Source: an uncultured virus (IMG/VR IMGVR_UViG_3300007511_001544)
Taxonomy: Duplodnaviria > Heunggongvirae > Uroviricota > Caudoviricetes
DNA: 56,568 bases
IMG/VR virus record: IMGVR_UViG_3300007511_001544
Coordinates: 62,001-118,568 of that record
Direction: 5' to 3' (one strand)
Part shown: piece after piece, positions 27,617 through 37,470 of the stretch
Layout of the letters: each line of letters begins with the position of its first letter
Numbering within the stretch: the first letter of the stretch is position 1
The notes under the pieces: generated by a model
The model's input: only the letters and a program-made list of their open reading frames with translations
Told to the model about the DNA's origin: nothing
Database searches by the model: none
Position numbers and translations under genes: made by a program

Positions 27617-28525
27617 CTAATGTTCTGACCAGTTTGAAACTTGGTTGATGAGGTTGTTGATTTCTGGCTCAAGGTCAGCATCAACAATTCGCTCGCCCGA
27701 GCCGTCGTCTTTGTTGACACCCCAGTGGTAAACCCCGTGGGCAGCGGGGCTGAGTAGGGTCACGTTGTCACCCTTCCAGCCGCTGTCCTTGTTGACAGGA
27801 CCACCGACCACACCGCTCACCAAACCGAACTGAGCCGGTTCCTTCTCAAAGTAGTTGTAGTGGCTTTGCTGCTTGATGTTTTGAGGAATCCGAAGGTAAC
27901 CCTCTTGACCGTCAGGCTTACGAACCTTGATGATTGGACCTTTGAACCAACTGTCTAAGCGGCGAGGCGAACCATGGTCGTGGTCATAACCAGGGTCGGC
28001 AACCCGCTCCCAGTTGATGCCCATAACCATGCACATCTTTTGTTCGTAATCATCCTTGTCCATGCTCCAATCCCGAAGCCGCATCAGAGCGCCGGGAACG
28101 AGACCTGCTTTGCTCAGGCAGGCAGCGACAACTCGGTGAGCCAGACTTTGCATGGCATTGCAGTCCTTGCGGTGCTGCTTCTTGTGTTCGCAGGTACGAG
28201 CGTTATGTCCGCCCTCGCCGCAGAAGCCGCAGGTGCGGCCACGCTTGTTCTTGCGAGCCTGGGCAATCTTGCGCACTTCAAGCTCTTCCCAATACCACCG
28301 CTCACGGTAGTTAACTTCGTCCTCGGCGTTGCCGGCAGCACTGGCTGCCTCGTTGATCTTGGTGATCCAAGAAGTGGAAGCGTAAGCACGCTCATCTTCC
28401 GAAAGCACGATGCCGTACTTCTCCCCAAGGCTCTCAACTCTGGCGTGGGCTGCTTTGATTGCTGGGCAGCCACGGCGATTGTGACCCCAATCCCCACAAG
28501 CCTGACATTGGTTGGTACGACCCAT
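27617..28525 (-). CDS. Early protein with two CCHC zinc knuckles
   Basis: CQACGDWGHNRRGC and CGFCGEGGHNARTC; own promoter and RBS. Confidence 0.8.
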   Translation of the reverse strand: MGRTNQCQACGDWGHNRRGCPAIKAAHARVESLGEKYGIVLSEDERAYASTSWITKINEAASAAGNAEDEVNYRERWYWEELEVRKIAQARKNKRGRTCGFCGEGGHNARTCEHKKQHRKDCNAMQSLAHRVVAACLSKAGLVPGALMRLRDWSMDKDDYEQKMCMVMGINWERVADPGYDHDHGSPRRLDSWFKGPIIKVRKPDGQEGYLRIPQNIKQQSHYNYFEKEPAQFGLVSGVVGGPVNKDSGWKGDNVTLLSPAAHGVYHWGVNKDDGSGERIVDADLEPEINNLINQVSNWSEH

Positions 28526-28546
28526 ATCTCTCTCCCTTACATATGT

Positions 28547-28574
28547 ATAGTATCATGGATTAGGGGTCTGTCAA
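28547..28574 (-). promoter_or_regulatory. Early sigma70-like promoter
   Basis: TTGACA-N16-TACTAT with extended -10 TG. Confidence 0.8.
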
Positions 28575-28654
28575 CTTTTTTAGGGACAAAAGTGGGCAAA
28601 AATATGACTTTTTCGGCTATTTTAGCTAAAGTACTGAAAATACTGGGTTTTTTT

Positions 28655-30598
28655 CTAACTATCTCGCCATAAGTTGTTTGCGGCGAACTTTATGACCTCT
28701 TCTGCTGAGTTTTCGTCGTATCCATACTCATCAATCAAGGTTTTTACCATTTCATTGTACTTTCCTTGCTGTTTTTTGTCTCTAGACTTGGATTTGGTCA
28801 CAATTCGTGAAATTTGCTTGACTGAAGAGGTCAATTTACTCTCAATTGCCTCTTTGAGTGGCGCATACGACTGCCAATCGACTTTTTCGCCTCTCCGAAG
28901 CTTAGAAAACATGTATGCAGTGATATCAACTCGGAAATTCTCTTTAGAAGTACCAGTAATTCCAATTTGTTCCTCAATTGACTCCATAAATTTGTCATCT
29001 GGTGTTATTTCTTCGTTTGTGATGGCATCTTTAACAGTGGACATGTTCACATATGCTTCTGCATGGTCCAGATAGTTGTTAAATAAGGCTTCTGCCTGTT
29101 CATCATAGGCAGAAACGAATGCTTTTGTGATTTCTTTCTCTAAGATATTCAAATATTCATCGTGAAGGGTCTTTCCAAGGAAATCAAGGTACCGATTTCT
29201 ATCGTCTTCTACCACTATTTGGTCTTTGACTTGCTTTATAAGCGTTTCTCGGATGGATATGGGGGTTACCATATTTTTCTCACTATCTGACAATGCCGAA
29301 TCAATTGCTTTCATGATGAATCTTGTAGAGATCCCGGTCATCCCTTCATCTCGTGCCTCATCTCTCAAGTCATTAATGTCTATTTTCTTTACATGCCCCT
29401 TTTCGATCACATCTTTACCATCATATAATTTCATCTTAGTAAGAGCATCTACTTTATTGGACGGACGCAATCGACTTAACACAGCAAACATCGAAGCAAT
29501 CTCAAGTGTATGCGGTGCAATGTGACCATCGAAGTCAGATAGTCCCAACATTTTTTCATAAATCTTTATTTCTTCAGTTACTTCCAAACAGTACGGCACA
29601 TTTACTCTAACTATTCTATCCAAGATAGCTTCATTTGTATTTTCTGACTTAAACTTGTTCCATTCCGCCTCATTACAGTGCGCCAAGATAACCCCATCAA
29701 AATATATCATGGGACCTTTTCCTGGCGAAGGAACAGCTTTCTCTTGAGTGGCAGTAATCATGGTGTGTAAGAATTCAATTTCGTTTTTAAAGACTTCAAC
29801 GAACTCTACGATACCTCTATTTCCAACATTAAACGCCCCGTTTAAAGAAAGGACCCTGGGGTCATCTTCGGGGTATAAATCTAATTTGGATATATCTTCG
29901 CTGCCGACCAAAATTGTCACATCCTGACTATTTGCGTCCATTGGTGGAACAACTCCTACACCACGTCTACCACGAACAGAAAAAGATGACTGCGTAATGG
30001 GCATTGATGTATAATCGCTGCCAAATTCTTCCTTTAATCTAAACCTACAAACAGGACACAAGTCCCCCTCAATGCGAATCCCATATATTTTTTGAAACTC
30101 CTCCCGAAGAGAGCGAGGAATGAGGTGGAGGGGTTCCTCGTGGACAGGACACCCATCAATGTGATACATTGGATCACATTCTTCCAGGGCTCCTTTAATG
30201 TGTTCCATCAGTGCAGACTTGCCAGCACCAACTGGGCCCAGCAGTAAAAGAACCTGGCGACTTTCTTCTCCCTTCAGTGCTGCTGAACGGAGGAACCTCA
30301 TAATCTTTGCTAGAGATCTCTCCATTCCAAAAAACTTGCTTTGGAAATAATCATATGTTCTTATCTTCTCGCCGTTGAAAAGTTTATTACAACGATCCGA
30401 AGATTTTGACATCTTTGTAATGCCATGGTTTATGATGGCATCAAATAGTCTTCGGTGGGCGAGTTTAGAAACCCCAATGTCTTCTTCTATTATTTTAAGA
30501 TAATCGGACAATGTTCCACGAAACTTATTCTTTTTCTTTTTTTCACGGTGTTTGCCAACAAGTTTCAGAAACTTATCAGATTTGTTATTTCTTGTCAT
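28655..30598 (-). CDS. prkA: PrkA/YeaG family AAA+ ATPase/serine kinase
   Basis: GPVGAGKS, HEEPL, NRGIVEFVE.FK, NEAILDR, GISTRF; 647 aa. Confidence 0.93.
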   Translation of the reverse strand: MTRNNKSDKFLKLVGKHREKKKKNKFRGTLSDYLKIIEEDIGVSKLAHRRLFDAIINHGITKMSKSSDRCNKLFNGEKIRTYDYFQSKFFGMERSLAKIMRFLRSAALKGEESRQVLLLLGPVGAGKSALMEHIKGALEECDPMYHIDGCPVHEEPLHLIPRSLREEFQKIYGIRIEGDLCPVCRFRLKEEFGSDYTSMPITQSSFSVRGRRGVGVVPPMDANSQDVTILVGSEDISKLDLYPEDDPRVLSLNGAFNVGNRGIVEFVEVFKNEIEFLHTMITATQEKAVPSPGKGPMIYFDGVILAHCNEAEWNKFKSENTNEAILDRIVRVNVPYCLEVTEEIKIYEKMLGLSDFDGHIAPHTLEIASMFAVLSRLRPSNKVDALTKMKLYDGKDVIEKGHVKKIDINDLRDEARDEGMTGISTRFIMKAIDSALSDSEKNMVTPISIRETLIKQVKDQIVVEDDRNRYLDFLGKTLHDEYLNILEKEITKAFVSAYDEQAEALFNNYLDHAEAYVNMSTVKDAITNEEITPDDKFMESIEEQIGITGTSKENFRVDITAYMFSKLRRGEKVDWQSYAPLKEAIESKLTSSVKQISRIVTKSKSRDKKQQGKYNEMVKTLIDEYGYDENSAEEVIKFAANNLWRDS

Positions 30599-30601
30599 CT
30601 A

Positions 30602-31918
30602 TCAAAACTCCCAAAGATCGTCTTCTATTATTGTAGTGAATCTTACCCCACCTTCCCACAAATTGTTAATGTGCTCAAACACTTTATTTGCTTCTGTCAA
30701 TTCTAGATCCCTTCCATCATGCACATGTTTTAAAATTAGTGTGCCATCTTGTAGCAATTCTTCCACAACTATAACAGGTATAGAATTGAGACCTACATTC
30801 CTAATTAGGTCGTCCCGAATAGTTCTCCAAGTATCTTCCGCAGAAACTTCAGTTATTCTATTGATCCCTTCGCTCTTATTAAATGCATAACTAAACAAAT
30901 TCAGTTCCTTACATAAATCATAGTTAAGATGTGTTTTTAAAAATGTCTCATCGTTACAAGTTTCTCTTATACGCATACATTCTTCAAATCCTTTGTGTTT
31001 CTCAATATATTTAAACATCTTAAAGCCTAGGTGGTAGGGGTTTATTCTTCCCAGATGTGCCCTTACTACTTGGTTATGTAGTCGAATAAAAGAAATGTGA
31101 TATTCATCGGGAAGCCTAAGAGCATTAACTATTTTTTCATGTATAAAACAAGCCCAACCCTCATTCATAATCTTAGTACAAGCTTGTGGAACAAAATAAC
31201 GTGATTGCTGCTCAATAATGTTGATTATGTCTATTTCCCAATTCTCAAGAAATCGATTGTGATCAGCAATAAACCTAAGAACATTTTGATCAGGCTCTAG
31301 CGGTATTTTTTCTAAATCAAAATTGTCCCAATAGCCGGTCTTATCATTAAGCATCAGTTGTTGATAATAGTTTTTCAGTTTTTTGGGATCTCTTCGTTTA
31401 ACTCCCGGCGTTCTCGGAACTTGAAATTGGATGGCGTGACAGGCATCAATAATTTTCTCTACTTTGTCTATACCAATGTTCGGGTCTTCCATGTATTTTT
31501 TGATACGTTTACCGGCAGCTTTAAAACGGTCTAAGGCGGTATCCGCCCCGGTCTCAGCAAACATACGGTTGTTCTTAAAAAAGTCACTGTGACCGACACA
31601 ATGTGCCATTGTAAGTATGTGGGTGGCCATCGGATTTTCGGTCATGAGATATGAGATGCTCGGGTTGGAATTAATAATCATCTCATAAGGCAGACCAGAC
31701 ATTCCCAAATTGTATTCTGTCTGGATTCTATCAAATGCTTTTCCATATGACCAATGGCGATAATGTGTGGGTAGCCCTGTGTATGCCATATGTCCAATCA
31801 TTTCTTTATAGTCACATATTTCATACTCAATAGGATACCAGTCAAGATCCATTGCTTGGCCAAGCGCACAAATCTTTGTATCCCATTCATGAAGCTCTTC
31901 CATAGACCAATCAGACAT
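30602..31918 (-). CDS. spoVR: SpoVR/YcgB family protein
   Basis: GLPTHYRHWSYGK, YEMIINSNP, AHC.GH..FFKNN, TKIMNEGWA, NPYHLG. Confidence 0.93.
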   Translation of the reverse strand: MSDWSMEELHEWDTKICALGQAMDLDWYPIEYEICDYKEMIGHMAYTGLPTHYRHWSYGKAFDRIQTEYNLGMSGLPYEMIINSNPSISYLMTENPMATHILTMAHCVGHSDFFKNNRMFAETGADTALDRFKAAGKRIKKYMEDPNIGIDKVEKIIDACHAIQFQVPRTPGVKRRDPKKLKNYYQQLMLNDKTGYWDNFDLEKIPLEPDQNVLRFIADHNRFLENWEIDIINIIEQQSRYFVPQACTKIMNEGWACFIHEKIVNALRLPDEYHISFIRLHNQVVRAHLGRINPYHLGFKMFKYIEKHKGFEECMRIRETCNDETFLKTHLNYDLCKELNLFSYAFNKSEGINRITEVSAEDTWRTIRDDLIRNVGLNSIPVIVVEELLQDGTLILKHVHDGRDLELTEANKVFEHINNLWEGGVRFTTIIEDDLWEF

Positions 31919-33101
31919 TATTATTTCCCCCGAACAATTTTTTAAAGGAAGCCCATATGTCCTTATGGTTCACAATCCTTATTCGCTTAAAGTCTTTATC
32001 TTCTATCAGCTTTAGCCAGTCCCATAATTTCTTTTCTGCTTTACCTGAAAATAAGTAAGCATCACTTACTCCTCTCATTTCTCCAATCTCGGTGTAACAC
32101 ATCATTTGGTTTATATCTTTTAACTTTCGAAAGTTGGCTAGAGATTCTTTATTGTCGATTGGCCAATTGTCTCCATCCCCACAATAAAAAGTATACAAGT
32201 TCCAGTTATTAGGATGATATCGTTTCTCAATAATCTCTTCAACCTTTTTTAATCCAGTAGAGACAAGTGTTCCGCCATTAGGAACCTGTGTAAAAAATTG
32301 TTCCTCGTTTACTTCGTTGGCTTCCGCAGTATGGGACACAAAAATAACATCTATCGCCGAATAACGATGATTTAGAAATTGATAAAGGAGAAAGAAAAAG
32401 CTTCGAGCAAGATATTTTTTTGCCTTTGTCATAGATCCTGACACGTCCATAATAAAAAACACAGCAGCCGTCGTGTTTTCTTTTTGCACTGGGGCTATAT
32501 GTTTATAACGTAAGTCGCTGTCGTGAAATGTAAATCTCTCTTCACTATTAGGATCATAAGTACCTGCCTTTATGGCAGCCTTCTTTCTTCTAATCTTTTG
32601 TTTTATAGTTTCTTTTTTTGATAAACGTGGACGGATTCCATAGGGTCGCTTACCTTTGCGTTTGACTTTCTCTTCGGTGATAAATTTAAATTTCTTTTTC
32701 TCCAACTCAGGGAGGTTTAGATCGTTGAATAGATATTCCGCTAGCTCTTCTAGGCTCATTTCTATTTCATACATTTCCTCGCCGGCTTCTTTGCCGGGCT
32801 TGTTTCCTTGACTTTGTGTGGGAGCTTGTTTCTTTCCGATCCTCTGTCCTTTATTTATGTTTTTACCTTGGGCAGATCCAACTCGTTTATTTTTTTCATT
32901 GGCTCCGAAAACAAATCTGTGCTCTTTGATCCCTTTTACTGGGATCCTTATTTTCTTTTTTCCGCTTTGCCCGATGATGCTTTCTTCGGCTACAACATCT
33001 TTAACACTGTCTTTAATCGCTTTTTCAATTTTTTTACGATGCCGTGATCTATCAGCCGATGCTCTGTCCGCAATTGTTTTGTGTTCTCGGAAAATACTCA
33101 T
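31911..33101 (-). CDS. yeaH: YeaH/YhbH (DUF444) vWA-like protein
   Basis: D..RH, L.LP.L, DLRY, MDVSGSM, GGT.VS, DGDNW. Confidence 0.92.
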   Translation of the reverse strand: MSIFREHKTIADRASADRSRHRKKIEKAIKDSVKDVVAEESIIGQSGKKKIRIPVKGIKEHRFVFGANEKNKRVGSAQGKNINKGQRIGKKQAPTQSQGNKPGKEAGEEMYEIEMSLEELAEYLFNDLNLPELEKKKFKFITEEKVKRKGKRPYGIRPRLSKKETIKQKIRRKKAAIKAGTYDPNSEERFTFHDSDLRYKHIAPVQKENTTAAVFFIMDVSGSMTKAKKYLARSFFFLLYQFLNHRYSAIDVIFVSHTAEANEVNEEQFFTQVPNGGTLVSTGLKKVEEIIEKRYHPNNWNLYTFYCGDGDNWPIDNKESLANFRKLKDINQMMCYTEIGEMRGVSDAYLFSGKAEKKLWDWLKLIEDKDFKRIRIVNHKDIWASFKKLFGGNNNV

Positions 33102-33129
33102 CTTAATATAAGTAGTTTCTACTAAAAAG

Positions 33130-33420
33130 TTAGGCTAATGTGAGTTCTGAAAGTTCTATCTCGTGTGTGTTGCCGTCGGGATCTCGAACAATAGCAACGC
33201 CCAATGCTGCACCAGGGCTTGTAATAAGCTCAACAACTTCTCCAGTCATCATCATTCTTTCGTAATCAACTTTCTCTCGACCGCTTGCTGTGGTCTTAAT
33301 CACTTTTGCTAACACATTCCAGTGTACAGAAGCACCAGGCTGAAAATCCTTCTCTAGCCCGAAGGCTTCTTGGAGTTCTTCTTTGATAATCGTTCTCAAT
33401 AAGGCTTTTGTAATTTTCAT
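33130..33420 (-). CDS. Hypothetical protein with MKITK..LR.IIKEE leader
   Basis: Last gene of the leader-sharing operon. Confidence 0.7.
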   Translation of the reverse strand: MKITKALLRTIIKEELQEAFGLEKDFQPGASVHWNVLAKVIKTTASGREKVDYERMMMTGEVVELITSPGAALGVAIVRDPDGNTHEIELSELTLA

Positions 33421-33422
33421 TG

Positions 33423-34553
33423 TTATCTATACCCGGTTGGGTCTCCGTCTGGATGGTTCTGCTTATAGACCTGATTTATATAGGTTTCAAAATCTTTTAT
33501 CGTCGTTTTCCTTGTGCTCCGCATAAGTGAGGCGAGCATCTCAACAGTTTTTCGGGCTTCGGGGTTTTTGCCGGCGTTATGAAGGGAGTTATCAATATCC
33601 CTATAAAAACGACCCGCTCCATCTGGCTGACCAGCAAGATTTCGGAACATTACCTTACCTAAATCCTTGCGGTCGCTTTCTTCTCTATAGCCAACTTTAC
33701 CTTGTACGCTGGCTCCTTCAAACTGCTCTTTCCCAGCAAGAATGTCTTGGGCTGCTTGGACAAACAAAAAGATTTCATCTTCGCCGAACTCTTTTCTTTC
33801 TCCCCTCTTTTTCCGAGCGGCCATAGAATCGGCACCGAGTGGCTCTGGCGGCTCACCAACTTTTACACCAGACTTCTCTAGTTCTACCAAAAAGTCAGAC
33901 AAACTGGTGATGGCTTTTCGCTTTCCAACTTCAACGTGCGGATATGTGCTTTGGTCTATGTGAATATAATAAGGAATATTTCTTTGTTCCGCCACAGCCA
34001 CGCCTCGTTGTAATCCGTCCAATTGCCACCAGGCAATACTACTTCGGGCCCGTCGTTCTATTTTACCTGAGAACATATCCTTTTCCTTTTTATAAATCGG
34101 AATAGCAAAATGTATCTCATCAATGTAGGTGTCGGCATCATCAATATAGGGTTCGTCTAGAAGGATTCTATCTTCTGCCTCAAAACCTTCTATAGACCCC
34201 GGCTCATCAACATTGGCTGCTTTCTTAGATGACCTGCCCCGTTTTGGATCAGCCCAATAATCAACAGGGACTCCTTTATATTTTTGGGACAAAGCCCGGC
34301 CATCCAATTTGAAAATAGCCCCTTGTGGATAGTTGCCGGTGTAAGCATTTGCTGGTGTTCTTGCGGTGGAAAAATAATAAAGCTTACCCTTACCTAACTC
34401 AGCCTCCACCTCTTTGGTAAATCCACCTGACGCCATGAACCTATTCTCTTCAAGTATCTTGGCTGCTTTTTCAACACCGGCAGTATAATGATAGACAACA
34501 TCGGTGATGCCTTCCTTCAGGAACTTGCGCCAGTTTTCCATCAGGAGTTTCAT
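33423..34553 (-). CDS. Leader-bearing protein with ADP-ribosyltransferase-like motifs
   Basis: MKLLMENWRKFLKE leader; YHYT, YFSTAR, EAEDR. Confidence 0.55.
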   Translation of the reverse strand: MKLLMENWRKFLKEGITDVVYHYTAGVEKAAKILEENRFMASGGFTKEVEAELGKGKLYYFSTARTPANAYTGNYPQGAIFKLDGRALSQKYKGVPVDYWADPKRGRSSKKAANVDEPGSIEGFEAEDRILLDEPYIDDADTYIDEIHFAIPIYKKEKDMFSGKIERRARSSIAWWQLDGLQRGVAVAEQRNIPYYIHIDQSTYPHVEVGKRKAITSLSDFLVELEKSGVKVGEPPEPLGADSMAARKKRGERKEFGEDEIFLFVQAAQDILAGKEQFEGASVQGKVGYREESDRKDLGKVMFRNLAGQPDGAGRFYRDIDNSLHNAGKNPEARKTVEMLASLMRSTRKTTIKDFETYINQVYKQNHPDGDPTGYR

Positions 34554-34556
34554 GGT

Positions 34557-35153
34557 TTATACAAGACCTCCAAAATCTGACCAGTCTCCCATTTGTGCTA
34601 CATTTAAAGTTTTCCTATCTTCTCTATATGCCATAAATTTCTGAATCAATGTCTTAATATCTGAAATATCGCCGAACAACTCTTTCAACGCAACCACTGG
34701 GTTATCCAGCAATTTAAGAACACTCTGTATTAACTCTGGCATTTTTGCTACTTTGTCAACAATAAAACCCCCTGTCATTTTTGCAATTGTGGTAAAAATC
34801 ATGACTGCGAGATCGAAGTGTTTGTTTGTCATCAGCAATCTCAGTGCGCTTTGTTCTTTCCTAGATTGCCATTTTCCAAGGAGTCCTTTATCTCTCAGAC
34901 CTTGAAGGAAGGCTTGCATTTTCTTGCCCATAAACTGAACAAATTCTTTAATTTTTTCCGCCGTCCAATCTTTCATGTCGTTAATAACGCCCATGACTGC
35001 CTGTTTGGCATCTCTACCTTTAGAGACGGCCCAATCTATAAACCCTTCCTCAAGAACAACAAAGTGTTTATTAAAAAATTCATCAAACTCCTGTTCCCAT
35101 AAAAGCCGCTGCTCATAGAGTCGCCAGTTTTCCATTATAAGTTTGTGTTTCAT
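34557..35153 (-). CDS. Leader-bearing helical hypothetical protein
   Basis: MKHKLIMENWRLYE leader. Confidence 0.7.
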   Translation of the reverse strand: MKHKLIMENWRLYEQRLLWEQEFDEFFNKHFVVLEEGFIDWAVSKGRDAKQAVMGVINDMKDWTAEKIKEFVQFMGKKMQAFLQGLRDKGLLGKWQSRKEQSALRLLMTNKHFDLAVMIFTTIAKMTGGFIVDKVAKMPELIQSVLKLLDNPVVALKELFGDISDIKTLIQKFMAYREDRKTLNVAQMGDWSDFGGLV

Positions 35154-35866
35154 TATTGAGCCCTCGGGTATCTATCAAATAAATAGTTCGCCCAGCGTGT
35201 TTGCACCTTCTCCATCAACTCTGCAAGTTTTGCAGGGTCGTGCTCGTAGTACAATCCTGTATTGTAGATAATATTGAGAACTCGCTCCAACACATTTGTA
35301 GCGGGCTTTCGGAAACTCTTTGCCTTTTTATAGATGCCAGCCACATGAGCCTTCACCTCAGCATCCGAAAGGTAATATTCCTCCGCTGTCTCCAAGTCTT
35401 TCCACACCTCTCGGTCGGGTACTGCTCGCTGTACAGCCATCAACTCTTCGGTGCTCTGGGAACTGTGCTCCAACTCGTGGCGGAAGGTCTCCTTTAACTC
35501 CGCAACCAAGCGGGACATAAAAGAATAATCTTCATCATACCGAGGAGGTAAAGTAATGTTTACATAAATGTCGGAAGTCTTACGCTGCTCATCATCAGCA
35601 TCTAAATCAAACTCATAAGAGCCATCACTAGAAACATATTCACCTTCTCTCATCTTAATGATAATCGTTCTCAAGTAGTCTATGTCATCTGTAATCTCGG
35701 GAACGTCCAGTGCGAAGTCAACTCTGCCGTTAGTGTTAAAAGCTTCTCTGACCGATTCGTCTTTGATGGCGTTTATGGTTTCCCTGCTAGCCATGGTAGC
35801 ATAGCGATCAAGGGCTCTGCCTCTGACGATCTCTTCCATTATTAATTCTCTGAGGATTTCTATCAT
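35153..35866 (-). CDS. Leader-bearing putative zinc metallopeptidase
   Basis: LRELIMEE leader; RHELEH..Q, YY...AEVKAH. Confidence 0.6.
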   Translation of the reverse strand: MIEILRELIMEEIVRGRALDRYATMASRETINAIKDESVREAFNTNGRVDFALDVPEITDDIDYLRTIIIKMREGEYVSSDGSYEFDLDADDEQRKTSDIYVNITLPPRYDEDYSFMSRLVAELKETFRHELEHSSQSTEELMAVQRAVPDREVWKDLETAEEYYLSDAEVKAHVAGIYKKAKSFRKPATNVLERVLNIIYNTGLYYEHDPAKLAELMEKVQTRWANYLFDRYPRAQ

Positions 35867-36312
35867 CTTACGGAGTCGTGCGGATTGCCTGTGAGATTTC
35901 CAATCGTTATGTGAAAGACTCGTTCGGGTTCTGGGTCTGTATTCTGGCTGCCGAGAAGCTCCATGACCTGCCTTACATAATCTCTCATCTCGTCCTGATT
36001 TAAAAGCCTAGTAGCCCATGATTCTTTGCCGGGAGATTTTCTCTGGAAAACTCTGGGTTCTATCTCTATAGAAGGCGGGGGCGGGAAGTCTATTTCTTTT
36101 AGTTGCTTCTTAAACGGCTTTAAGATACTTTGATGAATCAAGGTAACATGGAGATCTTTTTCTTCTAAGGGGACCCCATATTCTGGGAGTGTGTCTTGCA
36201 TCTCTTGCACTTGTGCAATTATTGCAGGGTCTGGTTTAATCATCAGAATGCCTCTGTACTTTACTTCTCCCTCCGAGAGGAATTTTCTCCACTCCCTCAT
36301 TAGATGTTTCAT
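35863..36312 (-). CDS. Leader-bearing 2H phosphoesterase
   Basis: MKHLMREWRKFLSE leader; two HxT motifs, LHVTL and FHITI. Confidence 0.75.
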   Translation of the reverse strand: MKHLMREWRKFLSEGEVKYRGILMIKPDPAIIAQVQEMQDTLPEYGVPLEEKDLHVTLIHQSILKPFKKQLKEIDFPPPPSIEIEPRVFQRKSPGKESWATRLLNQDEMRDYVRQVMELLGSQNTDPEPERVFHITIGNLTGNPHDSVR

Positions 36313-37139
36313 TTATCGAAGACCTTTAAGATTTTGACTGGTGTGGCTATGAACTCGTTCCACAAAGATGTTCTCAGTTCACCATTGCAATCGTCTTCCA
36401 GATTGGTGCAGAGATTATTTTTATCTTTTCCTGGGTATCCCATGCGATGAAGATTGACGCACTTTCTTCCACTACTAACAGAATAAGATTTTACATCACT
36501 GCGAAAACCGGCACGAACGTTTCCTTCGAACTTCATTATCTTATTTGATTTTTTGCGAAAGAAATCACGCTGCGCTACTGTATAGGCAGAAATGTCGAAA
36601 GGGTCACCGCCATCAATTGCTCTCTGGATTCTTTCGACCCCTTCCTCGTGTGTGTAATGATATAATATTTTTGGATTGTTGGTTGATCCATATACTTGCT
36701 CAGTGAAAGCATCATCTACCAAGACGTATGGTTCGAGATCTCCACGAGAATAAAAGTAGGCAAATCGAAGTTCGCTGATGTCATCAAAATATATTTTAAA
36801 CTCTTGTTCTAAACCCCAGAACCTATGGTTAACAAAATCCTCAATATGATCAAGGACATTTTTACTTGTTAAGAGTTCGTACCTCTCTACATCAACATTT
36901 AATTGGAAACCATAAAAATCTTTTATAAGAGATACTAACTCTTCGGGTCCCACAAGCTCTCCATGACTATGGCTAATATAATGACCGTCTTTTTGGAACT
37001 TTAGGATTGTATTAACAAAGGCTTCCCACTCGACAAGTGTACGGAAAGCCTTTTCCGGCTTCACATATCCGTGAACATAAATCTTTTTAAGTACTTCTTC
37101 ATTGATGAACACTCGCCATCGGTCCATTAGTTTTTTCAT
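36309..37139 (-). CDS. Leader-bearing protein with a C-terminal ART-like domain
   Basis: MKKLMDRWRVFINE leader; LYHYT...G...I, ISAYT, WNEFI. Confidence 0.5.
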   Translation of the reverse strand: MKKLMDRWRVFINEEVLKKIYVHGYVKPEKAFRTLVEWEAFVNTILKFQKDGHYISHSHGELVGPEELVSLIKDFYGFQLNVDVERYELLTSKNVLDHIEDFVNHRFWGLEQEFKIYFDDISELRFAYFYSRGDLEPYVLVDDAFTEQVYGSTNNPKILYHYTHEEGVERIQRAIDGGDPFDISAYTVAQRDFFRKKSNKIMKFEGNVRAGFRSDVKSYSVSSGRKCVNLHRMGYPGKDKNNLCTNLEDDCNGELRTSLWNEFIATPVKILKVFDK

Positions 37140-37330
37140 TGTTTTGGCGGACCTGATTCACCGCCATCGGAAGCTTCTTCGGTAAATGGGGCAGTGTTTG
37201 GATTTTTACCAGATTTTGTTTTCTTTATCATGTCCTTAAAAGAACGACGATAAATTTTTTGCATCTTACCTTCTTCGGCTGCTTCTTTTATAACTTCCTT
37301 GATGAAGTCTCTAAGCTCACTTAGATTCAC
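37136..37330 (-). CDS. Small leader-bearing protein
   Basis: LSELRDFIKEVIKE; coupled to neighbours. Confidence 0.65.
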   Translation of the reverse strand: MNLSELRDFIKEVIKEAAEEGKMQKIYRRSFKDMIKKTKSGKNPNTAPFTEEASDGGESGPPKQ

Positions 37331-37448
37331 TTTCTTCTTTTTCCTGCTCTTTAATCTTTTGCATAACCTTTTCGGTTATTGATTGAGAACGTGCATTTTC
37401 TCGCAATGCATCTCTTATTGTCTTCCAGAGCTTAGTTTTAGTAATCAT
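37317..37448 (-). CDS. Small leader-bearing protein (MITKTKLWKTIRDALRE)
   Basis: GGAGG RBS before ATG 37448. Confidence 0.6.
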   Translation of the reverse strand: MITKTKLWKTIRDALRENARSQSITEKVMQKIKEQEKEESESK

Positions 37449-37470
37449 TTTAAAACCTCCGTAGGTATAG

